Made by a program: the position numbers and the translations under genes. A stretch of DNA of 64,000 nt from an uncultured Candidatus Saccharibacteria bacterium (GTDB taxonomy: Bacteria; Patescibacteriota; Doudnabacteria; UBA920; 2-01-FULL-46-14): contig CAZMCQ010000002.1 in assembly GCA_964565195.1 (NCBI GenBank), positions 82,161 through 146,160 on the forward strand. The letters are read 5' to 3'. The notes under the pieces were generated by a model. The model did no database searches. It saw nothing but the letters and a program-made list of their open reading frames with translations, and was not told the origin of the DNA. This document shows, piece by piece, positions 49,322 through 58,033 of this stretch (within the stretch, counting starts at the first letter, position 1; each line of letters opens with the position of its first letter).

Positions 49322-51067
49322 ATGGCACTCGCATCCACTGATTTAAAAAAAATTCTCGTCGGTCAGAGTGTCTTGAGCGAAGGCGATTTTGACAAACTCG
49401 AACGGGAAGCGCGCGACAAGAAACAAAGTCTGGCGAATTACCTGGTCTTCCGCAAGATTATTCCCGAGGAGCGTTTGGCGAAAATGGTCAGCGATTTTCT
49501 GTCCGTACCCATCGTTGATCTTTCCTCTCTCAAAATCCCGCAGGAAGTTTTGAAGATCATTCCCGAGCCGATCGCGCGGCGCCATCAGGTCGTCGCCTTC
49601 AACAAGAAGGGCAACGAGCTGGATCTCGCCATGACTGACCCCGAGGATTTGCAGACGCGCGAGTTTGTCAAAAAGAAAACCGGCTTTGTAATCGTGCCTT
49701 TTCTTGCGACCAAGACCGGCATGGATAACGCCCTAGCGCAATACCACTCGAGTTTAAAAGCCGAATTCGAAAAGATTCTGGAGGACAAAAAACAAGAGCA
49801 GCCAAAAAGCTCCACGGAGCCCGGAGCCGAGCTCAAAAAAATGGCGGAAGAGATTCCGGTCGTGCGGGTTGTGGATACGCTGCTTGAGTACGCAATTTTT
49901 GAAAACGCTTCGGACATCCACATCGAGCCGCAGGAGAAAGAGGTAACGGTGCGCTACCGCATTGATGGCATTCTTCATGACGTGATGACGCTGCCCAAAG
50001 TGATCCAGCCCGCGCTGGTCGCCCGGCTCAAAGTGCTTTCCAGCCTCAAGATTGACGAGCATCGCCTTCCCCAGGACGGCCGATTCAAATTGCAGACCGA
50101 ACAGTACAACATTTCCTTCCGCGTTTCGACCATTCCAGTTTTTGACGGGGAAAAAGTCGTGCTGCGGCTCCTTGACGAGGGCGCGCGGGCCCTTACCTTT
50201 GAGGAGCTCGGGTTTGCCCGGTCAGCGCTCGATATTATCAAACGCAACCTCACGCGCTCGCACGGCATGACGCTCATCACCGGCCCGACCGGCTCGGGAA
50301 AATCCACCACGCTTTATACCATTCTCACGAAGCTCAATGTGAAGGGCGTCAACATCAGCACGATTGAGGATCCGATCGAATACCGCATTCCCGGCGTGAA
50401 TCAGATGCAGGTCAACCCAAAAATCGGACTGACGTTTGCCGTGGGTCTGCGCGCGCTCCTGCGCCAGGACCCGAACATCATCATGATCGGCGAAATCCGC
50501 GACCTCGAAACCAGTGAGGAGGCCATCCACGCCGCGATGACCGGCCACATCGTGCTCTCCACGCTGCACACGAACAACGCGGCCGGCGCGATTCCGCGCC
50601 TCCTCGACATGGGCGTCGAGCCATACCTTATTGCCTCTACAGTGAATACCGTCGTCGGGCAGCGCCTGGTCCGCAAGGTTTGCCAGGATTGCAAAGTGGC
50701 GAAAAACCTTGACGGCGAGACGTTCGCCAGTCTCAAGCGCGACTTTGATCTGGACAATCTGATTGCCATCATGAAAAAGGAAGGCGTGCTCGAGCCGGCC
50801 GTTGCCTCCCTGGAACAAGTTGAGTTTTACGAAGGGCAGGGTTGTGAAAAATGCGGCCGGTCCGGCTTCCGTGGCCGGATGGGGATCTATGAGGTGCTCG
50901 ATATTACCGAGGCCGTTGCGAGATTAATCCTGGAACGCGGTACGACCAGCCAGATTGAGAATACGGCCGTGAAGAGTGGCATGGTCCTCATGTGGCAGGA
51001 CGGCTTTCTCAAAGCCCATTTGGGTTTTACCACAATCGCCGAGGTTCTCCGGGTTTCCAAAGAGTAA
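49322..51067 (+). CDS. pilB: Type IV pilus assembly ATPase
   Basis: ASDIHIEP, RLPQDGR, GPTGSGKST, LRQDP..IMIGEIRD, CxxC...CxxC. Confidence 0.92.
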   Translation: MALASTDLKKILVGQSVLSEGDFDKLEREARDKKQSLANYLVFRKIIPEERLAKMVSDFLSVPIVDLSSLKIPQEVLKIIPEPIARRHQVVAFNKKGNELDLAMTDPEDLQTREFVKKKTGFVIVPFLATKTGMDNALAQYHSSLKAEFEKILEDKKQEQPKSSTEPGAELKKMAEEIPVVRVVDTLLEYAIFENASDIHIEPQEKEVTVRYRIDGILHDVMTLPKVIQPALVARLKVLSSLKIDEHRLPQDGRFKLQTEQYNISFRVSTIPVFDGEKVVLRLLDEGARALTFEELGFARSALDIIKRNLTRSHGMTLITGPTGSGKSTTLYTILTKLNVKGVNISTIEDPIEYRIPGVNQMQVNPKIGLTFAVGLRALLRQDPNIIMIGEIRDLETSEEAIHAAMTGHIVLSTLHTNNAAGAIPRLLDMGVEPYLIASTVNTVVGQRLVRKVCQDCKVAKNLDGETFASLKRDFDLDNLIAIMKKEGVLEPAVASLEQVEFYEGQGCEKCGRSGFRGRMGIYEVLDITEAVARLILERGTTSQIENTAVKSGMVLMWQDGFLKAHLGFTTIAEVLRVSKE

Positions 51068-51078
51068 TTGGATTTATT

Positions 51079-52293
51079 ATGCCAGAGTTTAATTATACTG
51101 CGCGAAATAAAAACGGCGAAATCGTCAGCGAAACCATGACCGCCAGCTCTCGTGAGGCCTTGGCTGCGAGTTTGCGCGCGCGCGGGCTTCTGCCGACCGC
51201 GATTCGGGAAAAGCGACGGCCGTTTTGGAATTTCAAAAACCTCGGTACCACGATCCACCACGTGTCGCTGCTCGAGAAGCTCACATTTATAAAAAATCTT
51301 TCGGTAACCATCCGGGCCGGACTGCCGGTTTCCCGCGCGCTCAAAGTTCTCGCCAGGCAAATGGACAATGCGTATTTTCAGCAGGTGATTTCCGAGATCG
51401 CGCAGTCCGTGGAGAGCGGCAAGACACTTTCGGAAAGCATGGCGCGCTACGATCGGATCTTCTCGCCGATCACGGTAAGCATGGTGCGGGTCGGCGAGTC
51501 AAGCGGGGAATTGGACAACATTCTTGAATATCTGGGTGCCCAGATCGCGCGCGATTATAACCTCATCCGCCGGACGCGTGGCGCCATGATCTATCCGGCC
51601 GTGGTGCTGGTGGCTTTGGCCGGCATCGGGTACCTCATGTTCACTTTTGTCCTGCCGCGGCTTACGGAATCATTTAAGGAGTTCAATACCGAACTGCCGG
51701 CCCTGACGCGCGCCATTATCCGGACGGTGGATATTTTTTCCCATTATTCGGCCTTTATACTCTTTGGTTTCATCGCGCTCATCATCGGCTTTGTCATCTG
51801 GCACCGGACGCCCTCCGGCCGTCGCGTGGTGCACAAGCTTTTCCTCACCGCACCGATCGTCAAAGGCATCGTGAAAAAACTGAACCTGGCGCGGTTCACG
51901 ATTATCTTCGGCGGGCTCCTCAAAAGCGGGATGCCGATCGTGGAGGCCCTCAAAATCACCAGCGAAACCATGACCAATGTTTATTACCAGGACGCGATTG
52001 CGGACGCTTCGGAGAAAGTCCGCATCGGCGTGGACCTGGTCGCGGCCATTGACAAATACCCGCACCTGTTCACCCCGATGGTGAGCCAGATGATTGCTGT
52101 GGGTGAGGAGTCCGGAACCATGGAAAAAGTCCTGGCCGAAGTCGCGGCCTTTTATGAAACCGAGGTGGACGAGACGGTGAGCAATCTTTCGTCGATCATC
52201 GAGCCGGTGCTGATCATGGTTATTGGCGCGGTCGTCGGCGTGCTGGCAATCGGCCTGATCCTGCCGATTTATAATTTAAGCCAAAGCTTTTAG
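51079..52293 (+). CDS. pilC: Type IV pilus platform protein (PilC/GspF)
   Basis: Two T2SSF domains: VGESSG, AMIYP, VGEESG, IEP. Confidence 0.92.
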   Translation: MPEFNYTARNKNGEIVSETMTASSREALAASLRARGLLPTAIREKRRPFWNFKNLGTTIHHVSLLEKLTFIKNLSVTIRAGLPVSRALKVLARQMDNAYFQQVISEIAQSVESGKTLSESMARYDRIFSPITVSMVRVGESSGELDNILEYLGAQIARDYNLIRRTRGAMIYPAVVLVALAGIGYLMFTFVLPRLTESFKEFNTELPALTRAIIRTVDIFSHYSAFILFGFIALIIGFVIWHRTPSGRRVVHKLFLTAPIVKGIVKKLNLARFTIIFGGLLKSGMPIVEALKITSETMTNVYYQDAIADASEKVRIGVDLVAAIDKYPHLFTPMVSQMIAVGEESGTMEKVLAEVAAFYETEVDETVSNLSSIIEPVLIMVIGAVVGVLAIGLILPIYNLSQSF

Positions 52294-52296
52294 TAC

Positions 52297-52328
52297 TACG
52301 AAATACGAAATGGTACGAAAGTACGAAA
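52297..52328. repeat. TACGAAA repeats forming the start and leader of a prepilin
   Basis: TACGAAA x4 with short spacers; encodes MVRKYEK. Confidence 0.65.
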
Positions 52329-52711
52329 AAAATTCAGGGTTTTCACTCATCGAGGTGATTATAGCGTTGTTTGTGATTTCGGCCGCGCTTTTGCTTTATG
52401 CCGGATCATATGCCACAGTGCGTCTCACGCGGGCCACACGCGACGAGACGCAGGCTTATCGGATCGCGGCGCGGCAGCTCGAACTGCTGCGCTCCACAGC
52501 GTTTAGCGCCCTGCCGGCCTCGGGGCAGATCTTTGATACCAATTTGGCAGCTCTACCTTCCGGCAGCGGCAGCTACACGGTCGCGGATTATCCCGATACA
52601 AGCAGCCGTCTGAAGGTCGCCTCGAGCACAGTGAGCTGGACTCGCGATGGGACCGGGCGGTCAGTGAATCTGCAAACGTTGATTGGCGAGACCGGTTTCA
52701 ATCCACCATGA
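52310..52711 (+). CDS. Minor pilin (PilV-like)
   Basis: Class III signal G|FSLIE plus hydrophobic helix. Confidence 0.85.
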   Translation: MVRKYEKNSGFSLIEVIIALFVISAALLLYAGSYATVRLTRATRDETQAYRIAARQLELLRSTAFSALPASGQIFDTNLAALPSGSGSYTVADYPDTSSRLKVASSTVSWTRDGTGRSVNLQTLIGETGFNPP

Positions 52712-53274
52712 GAAACGCCGCGTTTACGATCGTCGAAATCGTAGTTGTAATTGGCCTATTTGCTTTGCTGATGCTGTTCGCGAGCGGAATTTTTTTGAGC
52801 CACAACAGTCTTTATTACGCGCAGCGAGCCGAAATCAATGCTGTTGGTACGGCTCGCTCGGCTTTGGATGACATCACGGACGAAATCCGCGAAGCTGCCG
52901 CGGTCGCAGCCTCCACCGATTACCAGGGCGCTACTTACACCACCGACGCCGATACGCTCGTGCTCTCCTTGCCGGCCGTTGATGCCGCGAATGTGGTGCT
53001 CGGCAATGTCTACGACTATGTGGTCTACTATATTGACGCGGCGAACCCAAAGCAATTGCGCAAAATCGCGGCTCCAAACGCTGCCTCGTTTCGCCGCGCC
53101 GAGGATCGGAAACTGCTCTCCGAGCACCTGTTCGCCTTGAGTTTCACCTACAATGATCCTGACCCAACCAATGCCAGCCGAATTATCATTAATCTGACCG
53201 CGGAAGATACCGCGCGTCTCGCGAGCCGAAAAATCACCCTCGTTGAAGACGTGTATCTTCGCAACCGCGACTAA
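52708..53274 (+). CDS. Minor pilin (PilW-like)
   Basis: A|FTIVE plus hydrophobic helix; DEIREA; LRN C-terminus. Confidence 0.85.
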   Translation: MRNAAFTIVEIVVVIGLFALLMLFASGIFLSHNSLYYAQRAEINAVGTARSALDDITDEIREAAAVAASTDYQGATYTTDADTLVLSLPAVDAANVVLGNVYDYVVYYIDAANPKQLRKIAAPNAASFRRAEDRKLLSEHLFALSFTYNDPDPTNASRIIINLTAEDTARLASRKITLVEDVYLRNRD

Positions 53275-53275
53275 T

Positions 53276-54625
53276 ATGCGCGCCCAAAACGGACAAATTC
53301 TCATCATCGCTCTCATCTTTATGGTAATTATTCTGGTGCTCTCCGGCATCCTGGTAAGCTTGACCGTTCTGCACACGGCCGGCGAGCGTCAGGGCAAAGC
53401 CCGTGAGCAGGCGATGAATCTGGCCGAAGCCGGGGTGGAGCGGGCGCTTTATCAGCTCAACTATGGCGCGGGCTCTGGTTATGTCGGAGAAACTGATTTC
53501 AGCTTCGGCGGCGGAGTGACAGACATCGCGGTCGTGGCGATCTCCGCAAGTTTGAAACGAGTGACTGCCACTGCCTATGTGCCGGACAAAGGTGTCCCTC
53601 GCGCGAAGCGGAGCGTTCAGGCGGATCTGGACACCGGCGGGCCGATCATCGTTTTTAGTTTTGCGGTGCAGGTTGGCGAGGGGGGACTCGAGATGGCCAA
53701 AGACGCGCAGGTCGTCGGCAATATTTATTCCAATGGCCCGATTAAAGGCACCGAGGACGGCGCGCGCGCCACCGGCGACGCTATTTCCGCCGGCACCGTG
53801 GGCAGGATCGAAAAGCTGCAGGTGGACGGCACGGCGACCGCGCACACAATTAAAAATTCCGAGATTGGCGGGAGCGCATACGGTTATGTCTTGGATGACA
53901 CGACGGTCGGCGGGAGTGTTTTGGCCTATTCGCTCAAGAACTGCACGATTGGCGGCAATGCCGATTATACGACCAAAACCAACTGCACTATCGGCGGGGC
54001 GCAGACTACGCCGTACGCCGGCTATCCCGACCAGCCCGCGCAGGATTTTCCCATCACCGACCAACAGATCACGGACTGGAAAAATGCCGCCGAGGCCGGG
54101 GGCGTCATTTCTGGAAATTACACTTTGAATAACGGCCAGAGCGCTTCGCTCGGTCCAAAGAAGATCACCGGTGATTTGAAGATGAAAGAAAATTCCACCT
54201 TGACCCTCACGGGTCCGATTTGGGTTGAGGGAAAAATTGATATTGACAAAGATGGAACGATAGCATTGGATACGGCCTATGGCTCATCGAGTGAAGTTTT
54301 AATCACTGATGAACAGGCCGATCTCTCCAAAGAAGTTAATTTCCAGCGCGCGGGTGCTGACAGCTACGTTCTGCTGATTAGCCTCTCGGTTGCAGGTGAT
54401 GCCATCAAGATCGCGAAAAATTCCGATGCACTTGTGGCCTATGCTCCAAACGGCACAGTGACTATCCAGAAGTCCGTAACTTTGCGGGAAGTGACTGCGA
54501 ATAAACTGAAATTGGAAAAAGACGCTCAAGTGATTTATGAGTCAGGACTTGCGAGTGTGGAATTTACCTCTGGTCCTTCTGGCGGCTGGCGATTAAAGCG
54601 CGGCACCAGGGTTGAAAAAAAATGA
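53276..54625 (+). CDS. PilX-like minor pilin with large beta-solenoid C-terminal domain
   Basis: G|QILI (no E5), A...AEAGVE, repeated IGG/VGG strands. Confidence 0.8.
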   Translation: MRAQNGQILIIALIFMVIILVLSGILVSLTVLHTAGERQGKAREQAMNLAEAGVERALYQLNYGAGSGYVGETDFSFGGGVTDIAVVAISASLKRVTATAYVPDKGVPRAKRSVQADLDTGGPIIVFSFAVQVGEGGLEMAKDAQVVGNIYSNGPIKGTEDGARATGDAISAGTVGRIEKLQVDGTATAHTIKNSEIGGSAYGYVLDDTTVGGSVLAYSLKNCTIGGNADYTTKTNCTIGGAQTTPYAGYPDQPAQDFPITDQQITDWKNAAEAGGVISGNYTLNNGQSASLGPKKITGDLKMKENSTLTLTGPIWVEGKIDIDKDGTIALDTAYGSSSEVLITDEQADLSKEVNFQRAGADSYVLLISLSVAGDAIKIAKNSDALVAYAPNGTVTIQKSVTLREVTANKLKLEKDAQVIYESGLASVEFTSGPSGGWRLKRGTRVEKK

Positions 54626-54685
54626 GATTTGTGCTATAATAATAAGTGTGTTGGAAGTCCAGCATAGAAACAAAAATTAAGAGGC

Positions 54686-54718
54686 TCCGCCTCTTCGGCG
54701 GATGGGCCGAGGAGGCCC
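54686..54718. repeat. Double hairpin in the pilM leader (REP-like)
   Basis: TCCGCC-TCTTC-GGCGGA and GGGCC-GAGGA-GGCCC downstream of TGCTATAAT (54632-54640). Confidence 0.5.
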
Positions 54719-54741
54719 AAAAAACCAAAATAAAATCTACA

Positions 54742-55833
54742 ATGTTTGGCCTGAAAAAAAGGCGGCGCGAGCCGATTGGTTTGGATATCAGCGACGTCTC
54801 CCTGAAACTCGCGATGCTTTCTGGTACCCGAGGAAATATCGCGCTCTCGGCTTACGCGCAAGCAAAAATCGGCCCAGATATTCTCGCCCAGGACAATATC
54901 AAAAATCCGGGGGAGCTTTCGGGGTTGATCAAGGCGGCCCTGCTCCGGCCGCAATTTGGCCAGATCAATTCCCGACAGGTGATTGCCTCTATCCCGGAGA
55001 CAAAATCTTTTGTGCGCGTTATCCAGGTGCCGGTGATAACCGCGGAGGAGGCGGCCGAGGCGGTTCCCTTTGAAGCCGAAGCCTACATCCCAATGCCGAT
55101 CAGCCAGGTTTATTTGGATTGGGTAATCTTGTCGTCGCTCGAGCCGGGCACGCCCGGCGGCCCTGAGGCAGGGAAGATGACGGTGTTGATTACGGCCTCA
55201 CCCAGGGATTATGTGGATACTTATGTGGCGGTATTGAAGGGGGCCGGGCTCGAGCCGGTTGCGCTCGAGGTCGAATCACAAGCGACGGCGCGCGCACTCG
55301 TGCCGCTTCAAGAGTTTAGCGAAGCCGTGCTCATCGCCGACCTGGGCGGCACACGAACGAGTCTGACGATTGTTGATCGCGGAGTGCTGCAGTTTACTTC
55401 GTCAGTGCCGGTCGGAGGCAATTCGCTAACCGAGAGTATTGGCCGCGCGCTCTCGCTGGATGCGGATAAAGCCGAAGAACTGAAACGTAAAGTGGGCCTT
55501 GATGAGGCACAGGATCAGCGCGGCGCGGAAGTGAAAAATGCGCTCTTGCCTCTCTTGAATAATTTGGTTGAGGAAATAAAAAACACCATGCGGTTTTATG
55601 AGGAGCATACCGGGCCGCAGGCCAAAATTTCACGTCTCCTGCTCGCCGGCGGCGCGAGCAAACTCCGGAACTTGTCCGAATTTTTGTCGGCGAGCCTTTC
55701 CGGCCTTAAAGTGGAACTGGGCAACCCCTGGCTCAATCTTGTCCGTGGTCAGGGAACTTCCGCCGCAGCGAGTCAGGACTCATTAAATTTTGCCACGGCC
55801 ATTGGCCTGGCCTTGCGGGGGTTTGAAGAATGA
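54742..55833 (+). CDS. pilM: Type IV pilus alignment protein PilM
   Basis: FG...IGLDIS, DLGG, LAGG, GNPW, AIGLALR. Confidence 0.9.
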   Translation: MFGLKKRRREPIGLDISDVSLKLAMLSGTRGNIALSAYAQAKIGPDILAQDNIKNPGELSGLIKAALLRPQFGQINSRQVIASIPETKSFVRVIQVPVITAEEAAEAVPFEAEAYIPMPISQVYLDWVILSSLEPGTPGGPEAGKMTVLITASPRDYVDTYVAVLKGAGLEPVALEVESQATARALVPLQEFSEAVLIADLGGTRTSLTIVDRGVLQFTSSVPVGGNSLTESIGRALSLDADKAEELKRKVGLDEAQDQRGAEVKNALLPLLNNLVEEIKNTMRFYEEHTGPQAKISRLLLAGGASKLRNLSEFLSASLSGLKVELGNPWLNLVRGQGTSAAASQDSLNFATAIGLALRGFEE

Positions 55834-56376
55834 ATGATTAAAAAATACATAAATTTACTGCCGCCTGAGGAGCTGAAGTTTAAGGCGCAAAGAGAATTCG
55901 CGCGGCAGCTTTGGTTGTTCGGCGTGGTGTTTCTGGCGAGTTTGGTTGCGTTAGCGGCCGTATTGTTTGGTGCGGAAGTTTATTTGCAAAGGCAGCTCCG
56001 CATGAAAAGCGAAGCTATTGCGGTGCGTTCGGCAGAACTCACAAGTCTCGAAGAATCGCAGCTTCAAGACGAGCTTGGGACCATCAACCGCAATTTGGAG
56101 AATTTTCAGATCCTGCAGAGAGAGCAGATGAAGTGGTCCGGGGCCTTCGAGGAGTTGGCGCAACTCTTGCCGCGCGGCTTGACGCTCGACAGTCTGATTT
56201 TTACCCGTGAGGAGAAAAAGATTGAAATCGCCGGCCGTGCGGCGACCCGTGAAGAGGTGCTGGCCCTCCGCGAAAATCTGCTTGCCTCGCAGCACTTCAA
56301 GGGCGTAAATTTTCCGCTGCAAAATCTGGAACGCGCTCGCGACGTACCTTGGCGATATCGGTTTTACCTCAAATGA
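55834..56376 (+). CDS. pilN: PilN-like protein
   Basis: INLLP motif, TM segment, coiled coil. Confidence 0.85.
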   Translation: MIKKYINLLPPEELKFKAQREFARQLWLFGVVFLASLVALAAVLFGAEVYLQRQLRMKSEAIAVRSAELTSLEESQLQDELGTINRNLENFQILQREQMKWSGAFEELAQLLPRGLTLDSLIFTREEKKIEIAGRAATREEVLALRENLLASQHFKGVNFPLQNLERARDVPWRYRFYLK

Positions 56377-56377
56377 T

Positions 56378-57001
56378 ATGCAGAAAGTTTTAGCCGCAAA
56401 AAACCCTGGCATTTTTTTGACCTTGAGTGTGATGCTGCTTCTTGCTGGCGCGCTCCTTGTCTTTGTGATCTCGCCTTACTTGCGAAAAATCGGCGCGAGC
56501 CAAGCCGCCATCCGCTCGGCCGTGGCCGAGCTTTCTGCGCTCGAGCAGAAGATTGCAGGTTATAAAACCGCCATCGCGGAATTGGCGAAAATCGAGACCA
56601 ACAAAGAAGAGATTGTCGGCCTTTTTCCGAAACGCGAGAATATGGTCTCGCTCGTTTCCGGAATCGAGAGCGCGGTCGCCCGGGCGGGCGCGTTCTCGGA
56701 GCTAAAGATTATTGATAAAAAAGAGGATCCGCTCGCCGCGGATGTTGACCGGGCAGCCAGGCCCGTTGCCTCGAGCCTAAAAGGCGTGGAGGAAGTGCCC
56801 TATAAGCTTACGCTTTCAGGGAATTATCGGAGTTTTACGGATTTTTTGCTGTATTTCGAACACCAGCCCTTTATTTCAGAACTCAAAAAGATCGGCATCA
56901 CCGCGATCACGGTTCAGGATGAGACGAGCAAGGTGCTTCGGAATACGGGGCTGGCAACCGGCATTTTTGAAGGCGTATTTTTTATCGCGCGCGCGCCATG
57001 A
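56378..57001 (+). CDS. PilO-like protein
   Basis: TM segment, coiled coil, G.Y....FL..E; position after pilN. Confidence 0.7.
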   Translation: MQKVLAAKNPGIFLTLSVMLLLAGALLVFVISPYLRKIGASQAAIRSAVAELSALEQKIAGYKTAIAELAKIETNKEEIVGLFPKRENMVSLVSGIESAVARAGAFSELKIIDKKEDPLAADVDRAARPVASSLKGVEEVPYKLTLSGNYRSFTDFLLYFEHQPFISELKKIGITAITVQDETSKVLRNTGLATGIFEGVFFIARAP

Positions 57002-57297
57002 AAAAACTGCAGCTGCCAAAACTCAAAATCAGGATCAAGCCGGGCTGGATTCTCCTTGCCGTCTTGTTAGTGGCCTTGGCGCTTGAAGCCGCCGCGCTCT
57101 ATAAATATCTCTATCTGAATCCGCGCCAGGCGCCCGCGCCGGTGATGACGCAGCAAGAAGCGGAAAGCCCGCGCGTCAATCTACCGGTGTATCAAAACGC
57201 GGTGCAGTGGCTCGACGAGAACGCAAAATTTACTGTCCCGAATTATCAGCTGGAAAAAGAAACCACGGGCCGCGACAACCCGTTTACGGAATATTAA
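56998..57297 (+). CDS. Small single-TM pilus-operon protein (PilP position)
   Basis: TM segment and C-terminal GRDNPF. Confidence 0.6.
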   Translation: MKKLQLPKLKIRIKPGWILLAVLLVALALEAAALYKYLYLNPRQAPAPVMTQQEAESPRVNLPVYQNAVQWLDENAKFTVPNYQLEKETTGRDNPFTEY

Positions 57298-57311
57298 ATA
57301 AATATTTGCGC

Positions 57312-57340
57312 TTGAAATTGGAGGATTTTTTTCGTATACT
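57312..57340 (+). promoter_or_regulatory. Sigma70 promoter for the tRNA cluster
   Basis: TTGAAA-17 nt-TATACT. Confidence 0.7.
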
Positions 57341-57362
57341 TACGAGGTCCTTGTGTAGTCGG

Positions 57363-57439
57363 GCGCCCGTAGCTCAGCGGATTAGAGCATCTGTCTTCGG
57401 AACAGAGGGTCGGGGGTTCGAATCCCTCCGGGCGCGCCA
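57363..57439 (+). tRNA. tRNA-Arg(TCG)
   Basis: Acceptor GCGCCCG/CGGGCGC, anticodon arm TCTGT-CT TCG GA-ACAGA, GTTCGAATC, encoded CCA. Confidence 0.95.
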
Positions 57440-57574
57440 AAGCAACTTTGTTGCTTTGGCGCAATCCCAAAAATGGGGCCCCCCAAAAATGCTTGCATTT
57501 TTTGGGGAGAGCGGGATGCGATTGGAGATTGCAGAAATCCCGACTTGTCGGGATTGCGAAAATCGCAGATCCGC
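57434..57574. repeat. Stack of palindromes between the tRNAs
   Basis: GCGCCAAAGCAAC/GTTGCTTTGGCGC; CCCCAAAAATGC/GCATTTTTTGGGG; AATCCCGAC/GTCGGGATT nested in TGCGATT/AATCGCA. Confidence 0.8.
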
Positions 57575-57583
57575 ATCACGCGA

Positions 57584-57741
57584 GGGTCGCTGGCTCAACT
57601 GGCAGACCTGCCCGCCAATGCCTACGCCTCCATAGCTCAACTGGTAGAGCAGCTCCCTCTTAAGGAGAAGGTTGGGGGTTCGAGACCCTCTGGGGGCATA
57701 GGCGTTGGCAGGCGGGGCAGGTCCCTCTTAAGGACAAGATT
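57584..57741 (+). pseudogene. Split, 3'-truncated tRNA-Lys(CTT) remnant (57584-57606 joined to 57717-57741)
   Basis: Joined halves read GGGTCGC TG GCTC-AACTGGCA-GAGC A GGTCC-CT CTT AA-GGACA AGATT; no T-arm or 3' acceptor strand follows. Confidence 0.7.
57626..57698 (+). tRNA. tRNA-Lys(CTT), no encoded CCA, flanked by 18-bp imperfect inverted repeats
   Basis: Acceptor GCCTCCA/TGGGGGC, D-arm GCTC/GAGC, anticodon CTT, GGGGG-TTCGAGA-CCCTC. Confidence 0.88.
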
Positions 57742-57768
57742 GACACTTGTTTTCATTAGGCATAAACT
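57740..57768 (+). promoter_or_regulatory. Sigma70 promoter of the microprotein operon
   Basis: TTGACA-17 nt-TAAACT. Confidence 0.7.
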
Positions 57769-57792
57769 TTGAGCATAACGTAAGGAGGGGGT

Positions 57793-57900
57793 ATGAGATA
57801 TGAAGAAGCGGTGAGCAAAGGTTTCGATCTCGCAGGGTGGTTGGTCGCAGTTTTGGTCTTGGCGGCTCTTATGGCTTGGCTGTCGACATTCTTTTTTTGA
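57793..57900 (+). CDS. 35-aa single-TM microprotein (MRYEEAVSKGFDLAGWLVAVLVLAALMAWLSTFFF)
   Basis: SD TAAGGAGG, hydrophobic helix; below the ORF-track cutoff. Confidence 0.65.
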   Translation: MRYEEAVSKGFDLAGWLVAVLVLAALMAWLSTFFF

Positions 57901-57909
57901 GGAGGTGTT

Positions 57910-58008
57910 ATGAATTGGGAATTCATCGGCGCGGTCGTCGTGATTTCTTTGGGAATTCTTGCTTTCATGTTCTGCATTGTGGCGAGTTTTCTCAAGCAAC
58001 CGAATTGA
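57910..58008 (+). CDS. 32-aa single-TM microprotein (MNWEFIGAVVVISLGILAFMFCIVASFLKQPN)
   Basis: SD GAGGAGGT overlapping the previous stop codon, hydrophobic helix. Confidence 0.65.
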   Translation: MNWEFIGAVVVISLGILAFMFCIVASFLKQPN

Positions 58009-58033
58009 ACAGCCCCGTTTTACTGACGCTGCG

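Noticed and set aside
55143-55158. GCCGGGC-AC-GCCCGGC hairpin in pilM (EPGTPGG loop)
   Set aside because: Short, GC-rich and unrelated to the other families; could be chance.
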